A stretch of DNA of 64,000 nucleotides from an uncultured Christensenella sp. (GCA_949841595.1 CATKZB010000003.1:32320-96319); one strand, 5' to 3'; positions 27,525-37,285 are shown, counted from the stretch's first letter. Notes: generated by a model from the letters alone, not told the origin. A program made the numbers and translations.

Positions 27525-28193
27525 TTAATCTTGAGCTTTTAAAGTTGCAACTGCGTTTTTTCTGTTTTTACTGTTGTAAACATAAGAACCACTCACCAAA
27601 ATGTCCACCCCGTTTTCAATAAGTTTTTTTGCCGTTGTGACATTCACTCCACCATCAAACTCAATTTTAAATTTCAAATTGTTTGAAGTTCTAAATTCGT
27701 CTATTTCTTTAACTTTGTCTATCATTTCAGGAATCAAAGCTTGTCCACTTGCACCCGGTTCAACCCCCATGACAAGCACAACATCACAATTGAAAACGAA
27801 TGAACGAATTTCTTTAAACTGAGTGTTGGGTTTCAATGAAATCCCCACCAATGTGTCATTTTCTTTGATAAAGTTTATTGCATTCACCAAATCTTGTTTG
27901 TTTTCAAAAGCTTCATAATGCACTGTAAGAATGTTTGCGCCAGCTTCAATATATTTTGGGATATCAACACTAGGTTCATCCACCATCAAATGCACATCCA
28001 ACATAATAAGGCTGTTTCGATTGATATTTTTTACCAAATTGTAGTCAAAACTATTTTTAGGCACAAAATTTTCATTCATAATGTCACAATGCAAAAAATC
28101 TGCAATCCCCTGCATTTGTTTTGCATATTCAATTATATTTTGAAAATCATTTATTGGATCTGTTGAAACAGAGACATCCACATTTCTTTTCAT
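27525..28193 (-). CDS. rpe: Ribulose-phosphate 3-epimerase
   Basis: 222 aa with HCDIMNENFVP, DVHLMV and VMGVEPGASGQ motifs. It is in the conserved position after rsgA. Confidence 0.85.
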   Translation of the reverse strand: MKRNVDVSVSTDPINDFQNIIEYAKQMQGIADFLHCDIMNENFVPKNSFDYNLVKNINRNSLIMLDVHLMVDEPSVDIPKYIEAGANILTVHYEAFENKQDLVNAINFIKENDTLVGISLKPNTQFKEIRSFVFNCDVVLVMGVEPGASGQALIPEMIDKVKEIDEFRTSNNLKFKIEFDGGVNVTTAKKLIENGVDILVSGSYVYNSKNRKNAVATLKAQD

Positions 28194-28234
28194 ATTTTCT
28201 CCTTAAAATAATTTTACCAAATTTATTTAATTTT

Positions 28235-29083
28235 TCAAAACCATTTGATATTTTTTATTGTTTCCACCAATTTTTGATAATTTTGATAGCGATCCTTAGA
28301 TATTTCCCCACTTTTTACAGCTTTAATAACTGCGCAGTCTTTGCTGTTTATATGCAAACATGATTTATATTTACACCTTTCTGCAAACTTTAAAAATTCG
28401 GGATAATAGTCTTTGATTTCACTTTCTTTAAGATTCAACAACTTTTCGTCAAGTTTGGAAAACCCTGCTGTGTCTGCCAAATATTTATTTTTGCCAAACC
28501 TGAAAAGCTGAACAGTTCTTGTAGTTTGTTTTCCTCTTTCAATCTTTTTGCTGAATGTGTCCACCTTTGTAACGTTATCTTTTTTTAACGCATTTATGAT
28601 TGAAGATTTGCCAACAGCACTTTGTCCTGCCAAAACGCAAATTCCTTTTATTTCTTTTTCCAATGCTAAAACACTTTCATCCAAACTAGAAAAAATCAAA
28701 ACTTTTGCAATTTTTTCATATATTTTTGCAATCTTTTCACAAAATGATTGGTTTAAATCAGATTTGTTGATGCAAATCACAGGTTCTATGTTGTTAAGCT
28801 TGCAAAACAAAAACATTTTATCAACAGTGTATAAATCGGGTTTTGGCACAGGTGCAACCACAATAAACATCTTGTTAATGTTTGCAACTGGTGGACGAAT
28901 TAAGATGTTTTTTCTTTCGCCCAATTTGCAAATGGCAGAATCTTCATCCAAAAAGACTTTATCTCCCACAAAAATTCCGTCTTTTTTAAGAATTTTTCTT
29001 GCCACACAATCAACAACATTTCTGGTTTCTAATTCAACACTGAAAATATCAGCCTGTTTTTTTAACACCAATCCCTTAATCAT
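28235..29083 (-). CDS. rsgA: Ribosome small-subunit-dependent GTPase A
   Basis: It has a circularly permuted GTPase (NKSDL, GQSAVGKSSIINAL) and a C-terminal zinc cluster (CKYKSCLHINSKDCAV). The start chosen is the ATG at 29081-29083 (MIKGLVLKK...), which overlaps the rlmN stop. Confidence 0.88.
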   Translation of the reverse strand: MIKGLVLKKQADIFSVELETRNVVDCVARKILKKDGIFVGDKVFLDEDSAICKLGERKNILIRPPVANINKMFIVVAPVPKPDLYTVDKMFLFCKLNNIEPVICINKSDLNQSFCEKIAKIYEKIAKVLIFSSLDESVLALEKEIKGICVLAGQSAVGKSSIINALKKDNVTKVDTFSKKIERGKQTTRTVQLFRFGKNKYLADTAGFSKLDEKLLNLKESEIKDYYPEFLKFAERCKYKSCLHINSKDCAVIKAVKSGEISKDRYQNYQKLVETIKNIKWF

Positions 29084-30104
29084 TCTTTGCTCCCACACGA
29101 TTTCTAAGTTGACCACATGCCCCTTCAATATCTTCACCCATAGTTCGCCTTACTGTTGCACTGATTCCCAGTTTTTCAAGTTTTCCAGCAAGTTGATATG
29201 CTCTTTTTCTCGTTGCCCCCAAAAGTTGTTTTTCTTTGACAGAGTTGAGTGGAATCAAGTTGACATGACAAGAACGCCCCTTCAAAATCGAAGCAAGTTG
29301 TTCAATTGTTTTGTCATCGTCATTTTTGCCACTAATAAGAGAGTATTCAAAAGCAATTCTTCTTCCTGTCTTATCAAAATAATAATCACAGGCACTTAAA
29401 ATCTCTTTGATTGAATAAGCATTCGCAATTGGCATGATTGTTTTACGGAGCTCATCATTTGGTGCATGAAGAGATATTGTCAACGTCACAGAAAATCCAT
29501 CATCTGCCAACTGATAAATTTTGGGAACAATCCCACATGTGGAAAGCGAAATGTTTCTTTGGCTTATGTTGAGTCCTTCTTCAGCTGAAACCAACCTCAA
29601 AAATTTTGCCACATTGTCATAATTATCCAATGGTTCTCCACAGCCCATAAGCACCACATTGGTCACTTTTCTTTCCTTTAAAGTTCCACCAAGGTATTTA
29701 TTGAAAAACAAAACTTGTGACAAAATTTCCCCTGCAGATAAATTTCTTTGAAGACCATTAAGTGTTGAAGCACAAAATTTGCACCCCATACGACAGCCCA
29801 CTTGTGTTGAAACACAAACCGTGTATCCATATTTATATTTCAACAAAACACTTTCAACAATGCTTCCGTCTTCAAATTTGATGGCAATTTTTTGTGTTTC
29901 ATCCTTGCTCACAAGATGCGCCACAATTTCAAACTTTATATAATCATTTTCAATTTTTTCTTTAAAGATTTTTGGCAAATTTGAAATTTCTTCCAAAGTT
30001 TTACCCAAAGTGCAGGCTTCAAAAAGTTGTTTTGCTCTGTACGCCGGTTCGTTGAGATTTTTTACATATTCGCAAACTTCAGCATAGGTCATGTCTTGAA
30101 TCAT
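29076..30104 (-). CDS. rlmN: 23S rRNA/tRNA (adenine-C2)-methyltransferase RlmN (radical SAM)
   Basis: 342 aa with the CRMGCKFCAS radical-SAM cluster and a C-terminal GEDIEGACGQL motif. Confidence 0.92.
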   Translation of the reverse strand: MIQDMTYAEVCEYVKNLNEPAYRAKQLFEACTLGKTLEEISNLPKIFKEKIENDYIKFEIVAHLVSKDETQKIAIKFEDGSIVESVLLKYKYGYTVCVSTQVGCRMGCKFCASTLNGLQRNLSAGEILSQVLFFNKYLGGTLKERKVTNVVLMGCGEPLDNYDNVAKFLRLVSAEEGLNISQRNISLSTCGIVPKIYQLADDGFSVTLTISLHAPNDELRKTIMPIANAYSIKEILSACDYYFDKTGRRIAFEYSLISGKNDDDKTIEQLASILKGRSCHVNLIPLNSVKEKQLLGATRKRAYQLAGKLEKLGISATVRRTMGEDIEGACGQLRNRVGAKND

Positions 30105-31015
30105 ACGTTTGCCACCCTTGTTTTAAAACGATAGCCATTTAAAAAGACATTAGCATCCAAAACCTTTCCACCTGAGGCTTGACACTTCAAAATTTCAAAG
30201 ACTCCATCACTTGCCTGAACCAAAAATCTCTTTTTGTTTGGAATTATTTCCCCAACATTTGCATCTATGGTCATATCAGCAACCTTTGCCTTATAAACTT
30301 TTATTCTGTCTTCCCCCAAAGTAAAGAAAGCAACTGGACTTACAACATATGCTCTTGTTTTGTTGACCAAACTTTCAACAGGCATAGAAAAATCAAGCAG
30401 TGCATCTTCTTTTTGTATAAGTTTAACAAAAGTTGCTTTTTCATGTTCCTGTGGCGTTCTTTTGGCAGTTCCGTTTTCAATTTTTATTAATGTTTCCATC
30501 AAAAGTTCAAGACCAATTTTTGCAAGTCTTGGCATAAGAGAAAGATAATCTTCATCTGGCATGATTTCAACTTCTTTTTGAACGAAAATATCTCCATCGT
30601 CCATCCCCACTTCAGTTTTCATAATGGTAACACCAGTTTTTTTATCACCATTTAACAATGCCCCTTGAATTGGCGTTGCTCCACGATATTTTGGCAGCAT
30701 TGAAGGATGAACATTGATGCATGGTTTGATTTCCAACAATTTTCTTGGCAAAATTTTGCCATAAGATGCTGTGACACCCAAATCGTAATCAATCTTCTTG
30801 AATTCTTCAATATATAAAGATAATTTTTCAAATTGGTAAACTGGCAGATTATGAGCTTTTGCAATTTCAACAATATGTGGTGTGACAAGTTTCTTTCCCC
30901 TGCCTGCTGGTTTATCATTTTGGCAAACCACTCCAACAACTTCAAAGCCGTTTTCCAACAATCCATTCAAAACAATTTCAGAAAAAACTGGAGTCCCAAA
31001 AAACAAAATTTTCAT
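30101..31015 (-). CDS. fmt: Methionyl-tRNA formyltransferase
   Basis: 304 aa with MKILFFGTP, NVHPSMLPKYRGATPIQ, and the conserved def-fmt order. Confidence 0.92.
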   Translation of the reverse strand: MKILFFGTPVFSEIVLNGLLENGFEVVGVVCQNDKPAGRGKKLVTPHIVEIAKAHNLPVYQFEKLSLYIEEFKKIDYDLGVTASYGKILPRKLLEIKPCINVHPSMLPKYRGATPIQGALLNGDKKTGVTIMKTEVGMDDGDIFVQKEVEIMPDEDYLSLMPRLAKIGLELLMETLIKIENGTAKRTPQEHEKATFVKLIQKEDALLDFSMPVESLVNKTRAYVVSPVAFFTLGEDRIKVYKAKVADMTIDANVGEIIPNKKRFLVQASDGVFEILKCQASGGKVLDANVFLNGYRFKTRVANV

Positions 31016-31498
31016 CTAATTAACTCCTTTTTTGGTTTTATAACTTTTACCTTCATCTGTCAGATCCACAAAAAGCACTCCGTCCAAATGGTCAATTTCA
31101 TGACATATACATCGTGCAACATAATCTTCGCCTTCAAACTCAAACTTTTGTCCATTTCTGTCAAAAGCTTCAATTTTCACATACTTAGGTCTTTCCACAT
31201 CAGTATAAAATCCAGGAACACTCAAACATCCTTCACTTTTTTTGACTTTTCCTTTGGTTTTGAGAATTGTTGGATTGACAATTTCAAGATATTCACCAGG
31301 TTCAGTTTCCACAATAACTGCCCTACGCAAAACTCCCACTTGAACAGCTGCAATTCCCATTCCATTTTTTTCCACCATTGTTGTTTTCATATCGTCCAAA
31401 AGTGACGCCAAAGAAGAATCAAAACTCACAACAGGTTTTGATTTTTTTCTTAAAGTTTCATTTCCAAGTTCAACAATTTTTCTTGTTGCCATAATCAC
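31016..31498 (-). CDS. def: Peptide deformylase
   Basis: 160 aa carrying the three PDF motifs GIAAVQVG, EGCLSVPG and HEIDHLDG. Confidence 0.95.
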   Translation of the reverse strand: MIMATRKIVELGNETLRKKSKPVVSFDSSLASLLDDMKTTMVEKNGMGIAAVQVGVLRRAVIVETEPGEYLEIVNPTILKTKGKVKKSEGCLSVPGFYTDVERPKYVKIEAFDRNGQKFEFEGEDYVARCICHEIDHLDGVLFVDLTDEGKSYKTKKGVN

Positions 31499-31501
31499 TC
31501 C

Positions 31502-33682
31502 TTAACTCAAATTGTTTGGATTTATTTCAAAGAAAACAGAACTTTTTGTTTTCTCGTCCACACTTTCAAAGATTTTCTTTTCGATTTCGTCAGCTTTATC
31601 AAGTTTGAATCTCATCATGATTTGATAACGAAATTTGTTTTTGATTTTGTTTAGTGGAGCTTTCATAACATCCAAATAAACAAACTCATTTTGATATTGT
31701 TCTTTAATTTCTTTCACCTTATTATAACACAGTTTGCATTCTTGTGCCACAATATTTTCGTTTTCATGAGAAAATAAAATTCTGACAATTCTGGCATAAG
31801 GTGGAAAGTTTGTAACTTTCCTTAAATTGACTTCTTTTTTGAAAAATCCTTTATAGTCATAATTTGTTGCAAAGCGATAAACATAATGTCTTGGGCTGTA
31901 AGTTTGCAAAATAACTCTCCCTTGTTTTTCACTTCGTCCTGCACGCCCTGAAACCTGAGTGATAAGTTGAAAAGTTCGTTCGATGCTTCGGAAGTCTGAT
32001 TGATAAAGGCTTTGGTCTGCATCAATGATCCCAACAAGCAAAACATCTTCAAAATCATGTCCCTTTGCAATCATTTGAGTCCCCACAAGAATTGCAGGTT
32101 TGGTGTTTTTAAATTCATTCAAAATTTCTCGGTGACCGTTCTTTTTTGAAGTGGTGTCATTGTCCATTCTCAAAATTCTCACTTCTGGGAAAAGTTTGTG
32201 TAATTCTTCCACCACTCTTTCTGTGCCAACAGCGCCTTGCTTAATGTCTTTGCTTCCACAACTTGGGCAGATATCAAGTGCTTTGAATCTTTTTCCACAA
32301 TAATGGCATTTCAATCTATCTTCAAAACGATGATAAACAAGTGAAACATCACAATCGGTGCATGTCGCCACATAGCCACATTGGCGACATCTTTGAAAAG
32401 AAGAAAATCCCCTTCGGTTGATGAAAATCATGGCCTGTTTTTTCTGTTCAACAATGTTTCTAAGTTCATAGATAAGTGGAATAGAGAAAATTTGGTTGTT
32501 TCCTTGTTGCATCTCTGTCAACATGTCAATAACAACAATTTTAGGCATTTCCATGCCATTAACTCGGACTGGCATCTCCACCAATTGAAATTCCCCATCT
32601 ATTGCTTTTGAATAACTCTCAATTGATGGCGTTGCACTGCCCAAAACCAAGGTGCAATCGTTGTAGTTTCTTCTAAATTCAGCCACCATGTGAGTGTCAT
32701 ATCTTGGATTACTTTCAGAGATATAGCTCTGTTCGTGTTCTTCGTCTATAATGATAATTCCTAAATTTTCAAGTGGACAAAAGATTGCAGATCTTGCACC
32801 CACAACCACCTTTGCTTGTCCAAAGAAAATACGCTTCCATTCATCAAAACGCTCGCCGGCAGAAAGCCCACTGTGAATAAGTGCCACATTGTCGCCAAAA
32901 CGGGCTTTAAAATTTGCCAAAACTTGTGGAGTGAGCGAAATTTCTGGCACAAGCATAAGTGCAGTTTTTCCACGTTCAAGCTGACGCTCAATCAAATTCA
33001 TATAAACTTCAGTCTTTCCACTTCCTGTCACGCCATGAAGCAAATATGTTTTGTTTTCGCAGATTGAATCAACAGCTCTCTGTTGCAGTGGCGTAAGTTT
33101 TTTCACATCTTTTTTCATAACATCAAAAGCTGGTGCACGCAGTTCTTGATTTTCTTCCACAAGCACAACGCCCTTTTTTACCAAAGCATTGAGTGCTGCA
33201 TAACCAAACATATTTGAAACATCAGCAAACTTTTGTGATTGATTTTCTTGCAAAAATCCGACAATTTGAAGTTGTTTTCCTGCCCTTGCAGAAGGCATTT
33301 CAAATTCTGGAGCAAGTTTGACATATCTGACAACAAGTTCTTTCACTTTGTCAGTGCGCATTTCGCTTGGCAAAAACAATCTTAAAATGCTGGCAAGCTT
33401 AAGGTGCAACTTTTCAGCCATATATTTCATAAGTTCCAACATTTCTTTTTTTATCACAGAAAAATTTTCAATTTTTTGAAGAATTGGCTTAACTTTGTCT
33501 TCGTCATAACTGCAAGAATCGCAAATGTCAACAATAAATCCTTGAAGATTGCGACTTCCAAACGGAACAATCACTCTTTCTCCAACAGCCACCTGCATAT
33601 CGTCAGGGATTTGATATTCAAAAACTTTGTCCAAGGCTTTTGCATCTTGGTCAATTATGATTTTGGCAAACAAACACAACAC
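31502..33682 (-). CDS. priA: Primosomal replication-restart helicase PriA
   Basis: 726 aa with Walker A GVTGSGKTEVY, DEEH, and a Cys-rich zinc-binding insert (CRQCGYVATCTDCDVSLVYH...CHYCG...CPSCGS). Confidence 0.93.
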   Translation of the reverse strand: MLCLFAKIIIDQDAKALDKVFEYQIPDDMQVAVGERVIVPFGSRNLQGFIVDICDSCSYDEDKVKPILQKIENFSVIKKEMLELMKYMAEKLHLKLASILRLFLPSEMRTDKVKELVVRYVKLAPEFEMPSARAGKQLQIVGFLQENQSQKFADVSNMFGYAALNALVKKGVVLVEENQELRAPAFDVMKKDVKKLTPLQQRAVDSICENKTYLLHGVTGSGKTEVYMNLIERQLERGKTALMLVPEISLTPQVLANFKARFGDNVALIHSGLSAGERFDEWKRIFFGQAKVVVGARSAIFCPLENLGIIIIDEEHEQSYISESNPRYDTHMVAEFRRNYNDCTLVLGSATPSIESYSKAIDGEFQLVEMPVRVNGMEMPKIVVIDMLTEMQQGNNQIFSIPLIYELRNIVEQKKQAMIFINRRGFSSFQRCRQCGYVATCTDCDVSLVYHRFEDRLKCHYCGKRFKALDICPSCGSKDIKQGAVGTERVVEELHKLFPEVRILRMDNDTTSKKNGHREILNEFKNTKPAILVGTQMIAKGHDFEDVLLVGIIDADQSLYQSDFRSIERTFQLITQVSGRAGRSEKQGRVILQTYSPRHYVYRFATNYDYKGFFKKEVNLRKVTNFPPYARIVRILFSHENENIVAQECKLCYNKVKEIKEQYQNEFVYLDVMKAPLNKIKNKFRYQIMMRFKLDKADEIEKKIFESVDEKTKSSVFFEINPNNLS

Positions 33683-33745
33683 TCCAATAAAAAATTCTAC
33701 TGCACTTTTTCAGCAGTAGAATTATAACACAAAAACCTTTCCAAA

Positions 33746-33949
33746 TCAATCATTTATATCGCTTGGAGCAATTTTACCTTCATAGATTTCGTCAAGTGCA
33801 ATGCTGATTGCTTTTTTGTCAGCAGTTGCAAGTTCAGTTCTGCGAACAGTTTCAATTTCTTTAGCTCTTTTTGAAGCAAGAATTGAAAGGACATATTTGT
33901 TTCCGTTTGCTTTTTGTGCAAGAGTATCAATAGGTGGTTCAATCATCAT
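33746..33949 (-). CDS. rpoZ: DNA-directed RNA polymerase omega subunit
   Basis: 67 aa; the sequence PPIDTLAQKANGNKYVLSILASKRAKEI is the RpoZ signature. Confidence 0.85.
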   Translation of the reverse strand: MMIEPPIDTLAQKANGNKYVLSILASKRAKEIETVRRTELATADKKAISIALDEIYEGKIAPSDIND

Positions 33950-34045
33950 AATATCATTCTCCTAAAATTTAATCGTGACTATTTTAGCACACACTTGCAA
34001 AAAAGTAAAGTCTTTTGTTTGGATTTTAACGCAAATTTTTGCTTA

Positions 34046-34399
34046 TCAGCTGACAAAACCGAGAGAAATCAAAAGTGCACGGTTTATTTCTTTCATTTTT
34101 CTTTCGTCAAGCACCGTGATTTTGTCTTTCAATCTCCTTTTGTCAAGAGTGCGAATTTGCTCCAAAAGCACCACCGAATTTTTTGGTAAATTATATTCAG
34201 CAGATGAAAGTTCGATGTGAGTTGGAAGTTTTGCTTTTGAAAGTTGGCTGGTTATTGCCGAAACAATGACTGTTGGGGAATATTTGTTTCCGACGTCGTT
34301 TTGGATGACAAGCACAGGGCGAATTCCACCTTGCTCACTCCCAACAACGGGACTAAGGTCAGCAAAATATACATCTCCTCGTTTAACTAAATTCTCCAT
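34046..34399 (-). CDS. mazF: MazF/EndoA-type mRNA interferase toxin
   Basis: [52 protein letters not shown] is near-canonical for EndoA/MazF. The start chosen is the ATG at 34397-34399. Confidence 0.9.
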   Translation of the reverse strand: MENLVKRGDVYFADLSPVVGSEQGGIRPVLVIQNDVGNKYSPTVIVSAITSQLSKAKLPTHIELSSAEYNLPKNSVVLLEQIRTLDKRRLKDKITVLDERKMKEINRALLISLGFVS

Positions 34400-34631
34400 T
34401 TTCCTCGCCAAGCTTTTTTTGAAAGTCCAGAAGATCGGCAAGTTCCAAGTCAGAAAGTTCTTGATAAACCTGCTTCATTTCATCATAGACAGAAGAGTTT
34501 TGCTCTTCCATTCTCATTCTATGTTGATCACCCCAAATTGTTGTTTGCACGACAAAATTTTCAAGACTGCCATAATTTTCTTCAATTTCTTTAAGCCTTT
34601 TTTCCAATTGGTGAAAAACATTTTTATCCAT
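34383..34631 (-). CDS. Putative cognate antitoxin, not recognisably RHH or AbrB type
   Basis: 82-aa acidic ORF that overlaps the mazF start by 17 nt. The assignment rests on position and charge only. Confidence 0.5.
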   Translation of the reverse strand: MDKNVFHQLEKRLKEIEENYGSLENFVVQTTIWGDQHRMRMEEQNSSVYDEMKQVYQELSDLELADLLDFQKKLGEENGEFS

Positions 34632-34754
34632 AAAAATATCTCCCGTTCATCAAGATTTTATACAATATTGTGTTTATTGTAGAAAATTTTATTCTTTAGT
34701 TAAACAAAATAAAAAAAGCGTCAATCAATGTGACACTTTTCTTGCAAAAACAAC

Positions 34755-35108
34755 TTATTCAACAACAACCACAGCTCCGACAACACTTTTCTGATGAGAA
34801 ATTGAAATGTCGATTTTTTTAGCTTTTAAGGCTTCAAAGCGTTTTAATGCGTTTCCATGCAGTTTAATGAATGGAAAACCTGTTTCTTTGTGACAAAGCT
34901 CGATTTCTTTGAAAGAAATTTCACCTGCCGAAACATCCAAAGCTTTGAAAACAGCTTCTTTCACAGCCCACAGACTTGCCACTTTCAATTTGAAATCACG
35001 CTTAAATTTTTGTATGTAATCTATTTCACTTTGAAGAGCAATTTTTGAGAGCAATTTTTCTTCATTTCTTATTTTTTTGACTTCTTGCAAATCAAATCCA
35101 ATCATCAT
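34755..35108 (-). CDS. acpS: Holo-[acyl-carrier-protein] synthase
   Basis: 117 aa with IGFDLQEV, WAVKEAVFKAL and ISISHQ motifs. Confidence 0.88.
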   Translation of the reverse strand: MMIGFDLQEVKKIRNEEKLLSKIALQSEIDYIQKFKRDFKLKVASLWAVKEAVFKALDVSAGEISFKEIELCHKETGFPFIKLHGNALKRFEALKAKKIDISISHQKSVVGAVVVVE

Positions 35109-35727
35109 TTTCTCCTTCGTAATTTTTCAGTGCGTTGTTGCTGGCTTTTTGTGCCACACTGTAATCATACCCCTTATACACCAAATGTGCAACACATTTC
35201 TGTTTCGTTTTTGTAGATTTTTCACGATTTTTAACGAATTTTTCTGCCAGCTTAGTTGCTTTTTCAATTTCGTCCTCTTCGTCCACCGTTTCAAGCAAAC
35301 TTTCCACAATCTCACTTGAAATCCCTTTTTCACGAAGCTTGTTTGCAATGGCACGTTTTCCTTTGCTGGCTGTCAGACTTTCAAAATAATTCTTTGCAAA
35401 CCTTTCGTCATCAACAAACCCATATTCCCTAAGTTTTTCGACAGTCTGCTCGATTATCTGCCAATCAAACGCTTTTTTCTTTAAATAGTCCTTTATGCCC
35501 TTCTCACTCACCACATAACGTTCCATATAACCAACAGCCATGTCAAAAGCAAGTTTTTCGTCATTTTCTTTTTTTATTCGGCTAAATTCGACAGCATCCA
35601 CCATTTGACCTGTTTTGAAACCATATCTTGCCAAAGTTTCGTCAAGAAAAATCCCAAACCACTTTTCATCAACATATATATGGAAACGATTTGTGCTTCC
35701 AATTCGCTTAATTTTTGTTATTATCAT
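35092..35727 (-). CDS. recX: RecA regulator RecX
   Basis: 211 aa with three helical repeats and an N-terminus typical of Firmicute RecX (ITKIKRIGSTNRFHIYVDEKWFGIFLDETLARYGFKTGQ). Confidence 0.8.
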   Translation of the reverse strand: MIITKIKRIGSTNRFHIYVDEKWFGIFLDETLARYGFKTGQMVDAVEFSRIKKENDEKLAFDMAVGYMERYVVSEKGIKDYLKKKAFDWQIIEQTVEKLREYGFVDDERFAKNYFESLTASKGKRAIANKLREKGISSEIVESLLETVDEEDEIEKATKLAEKFVKNREKSTKTKQKCVAHLVYKGYDYSVAQKASNNALKNYEGENDDWI

Positions 35728-36650
35728 TTATTCTCCCTTAAATCATATTGCTTTCGTGGGAACACTATCAGATTACCTCCCGTACATCTATTCAAAACAA
35801 ATTTAGGTAAAAAACTACTAATATATTCTTCTTCTAATGAATAAATGTCTTTAGTAAAATAAGCATATATTCTTGTGGTATCCAAATGTCTAAAACTATC
35901 AATTGACAACTTTGATGTCGTTACAGCATGCCACGGAAATATCAATCTGTCAAATTCTTTTTTCGATTGCCAATGAGAACATATTCTCTTAGCTATATTA
36001 TCAGTTGTTCCAACATAAATCTGTTTATATTCATCTAAAACCATTATATAATAACCGGATTTAAACATTGCATTATTTAAATCAAAAATTTCTTCAAATT
36101 CTTTATTATTTTTTAAAAATTTATCAATTTCTTCGTCGAACTCTTTTTTATTTAAAGATGAAAAATATTGCATATTTAATTTATAATTTTCCTTAACCTC
36201 AGACTCTTGTATTCTACACCAATCTTTACTATACAACCTGCCTTCAATAGATTCTTCAAAATCGTAATTATTTAATCTCTTAAGATATTTAGATTCGTAT
36301 AACTTAATCTTTTCTTTATCTTTTTTATTTAGTTTGTAAATATGACATAGTATTTTTTCATGTCTATCATTTCGGAATTTTTTAGCTTTTTCTAAAATTT
36401 TTTTTGCATTAGTTTGAATTCTTTTTTGTTTGCTAGATAATTTATCACAATTATCATAAAATTTTAGCAGAGCTGTTAAATAATTAAGCAAAAATATTTT
36501 AGGATATTTTTCATAATCTAATAAAACCATTTCCACAAAAAATGGCAATGAGACTTTATTGTTTGGCAAACAATATTCATTTTCTACAAGTTTAAAATCA
36601 TATTTTCGTCTTTGAAATTCCATACCAAAATGCTTTATTTTTTGAATCAT
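35724..36650 (-). CDS. Hypothetical protein with a C-terminal GIY-YIG nuclease-like domain
   Basis: 308 aa. The C-terminal segment GYYIMVLDEYKQIYVGTTDNIAKRICSHW...LEEEY...NR fits the GIY-(x10)-YVG...R...H...E...N pattern. The N-terminal ~190 aa are lysine-rich and of unknown fold. The gene overlaps both neighbours by 4 nt. Confidence 0.6.
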   Translation of the reverse strand: MIQKIKHFGMEFQRRKYDFKLVENEYCLPNNKVSLPFFVEMVLLDYEKYPKIFLLNYLTALLKFYDNCDKLSSKQKRIQTNAKKILEKAKKFRNDRHEKILCHIYKLNKKDKEKIKLYESKYLKRLNNYDFEESIEGRLYSKDWCRIQESEVKENYKLNMQYFSSLNKKEFDEEIDKFLKNNKEFEEIFDLNNAMFKSGYYIMVLDEYKQIYVGTTDNIAKRICSHWQSKKEFDRLIFPWHAVTTSKLSIDSFRHLDTTRIYAYFTKDIYSLEEEYISSFLPKFVLNRCTGGNLIVFPRKQYDLRENK

Positions 36651-37000
36651 TTAAGCACCTCGCTGGCTGTTTTGGTATACATTCTCACAAGCCCACCAGC
36701 ACCAAGTTTTATTCCACCAAAATATCTTACCACAAAAACACAAACATCTTGAATGTTTTTCTTTTGCAAAACAGACAAAATAGGTCTGCCAGCCGTTCCA
36801 CCTGGTTCGCCATCGTCCACAGCCTTTTCCAAAAATGGAGAAGAAAGAGAATATGCAAAACAAATATGTGTGGCTTTTTTGTGTCTATTTTTAAGCTCAT
36901 TTAATGCCTTTTGCACTTCTTCCACTGTTTTGCAATGCAAACAATATCCAATAAATTTTGATTTCTTTTCAATCAACTCAACTGTTTTGTCAAATTCCAT
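36647..37000 (-). CDS. YigZ/IMPACT-family protein, N-terminal (UPF0029) domain only
   Basis: EKKSKFIGYCLHCKTVEEVQ...HKKATHICFAY...DDGEPGGTAGRPIL...VVRYFGGIKLGAGGLVRMY. At 117 aa from the ATG at 36998-37000, it lacks the usual C-terminal domain. Confidence 0.8.
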   Translation of the reverse strand: MEFDKTVELIEKKSKFIGYCLHCKTVEEVQKALNELKNRHKKATHICFAYSLSSPFLEKAVDDGEPGGTAGRPILSVLQKKNIQDVCVFVVRYFGGIKLGAGGLVRMYTKTASEVLK

Positions 37001-37285
37001 CAATCTTCCAATCCAAAAATATAATCCATAGAGACATTGAAATACTTTGCATACATCAACAAAATTTCAATGCTAGGTTCTCTAAGTCCCCTTTCCCAAC
37101 GTGAAATTGTTGTATGACTTGCCATTAAAACTTGTCCTAATTCATTTAAAGACATGTTTTTGTTTAATCTTAATTCTCTTAATTTTTCACCAATAGTTTC
37201 CATAATTTTCTCCTTGTGTATGAAAATTATAACAAACCAAAAATAAAATTACTTTGATTGAACCAATTGGTACATAAATTATTTT
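36951..37285. repeat. Tandem duplication, unit A (5' end of yigZ, XRE gene and its promoter/operator)
   Basis: It aligns by eye with 37387-37712 at an offset of 436 bp, with few substitutions. Confidence 0.85.
37000..37203 (-). CDS. XRE-family HTH regulator, duplicate copy A (67 aa)
   Basis: METIGEKLRELRLNKNMSLNELGQVLMASHTTISRWERGLREPSIEILLMYAKYFNVSMDYIFGLED is a complete HTH_3 domain. Confidence 0.85.
   Translation of the reverse strand: METIGEKLRELRLNKNMSLNELGQVLMASHTTISRWERGLREPSIEILLMYAKYFNVSMDYIFGLED

Noticed and set aside
28548-29399. 283-aa plus-strand ORF
   Set aside because: This is a shadow ORF antisense to rsgA and rlmN, which have clear family motifs. The same applies to the other long antisense ORFs at 48985-49590, 30833-31405, 12547-13008 and 3437-3844.
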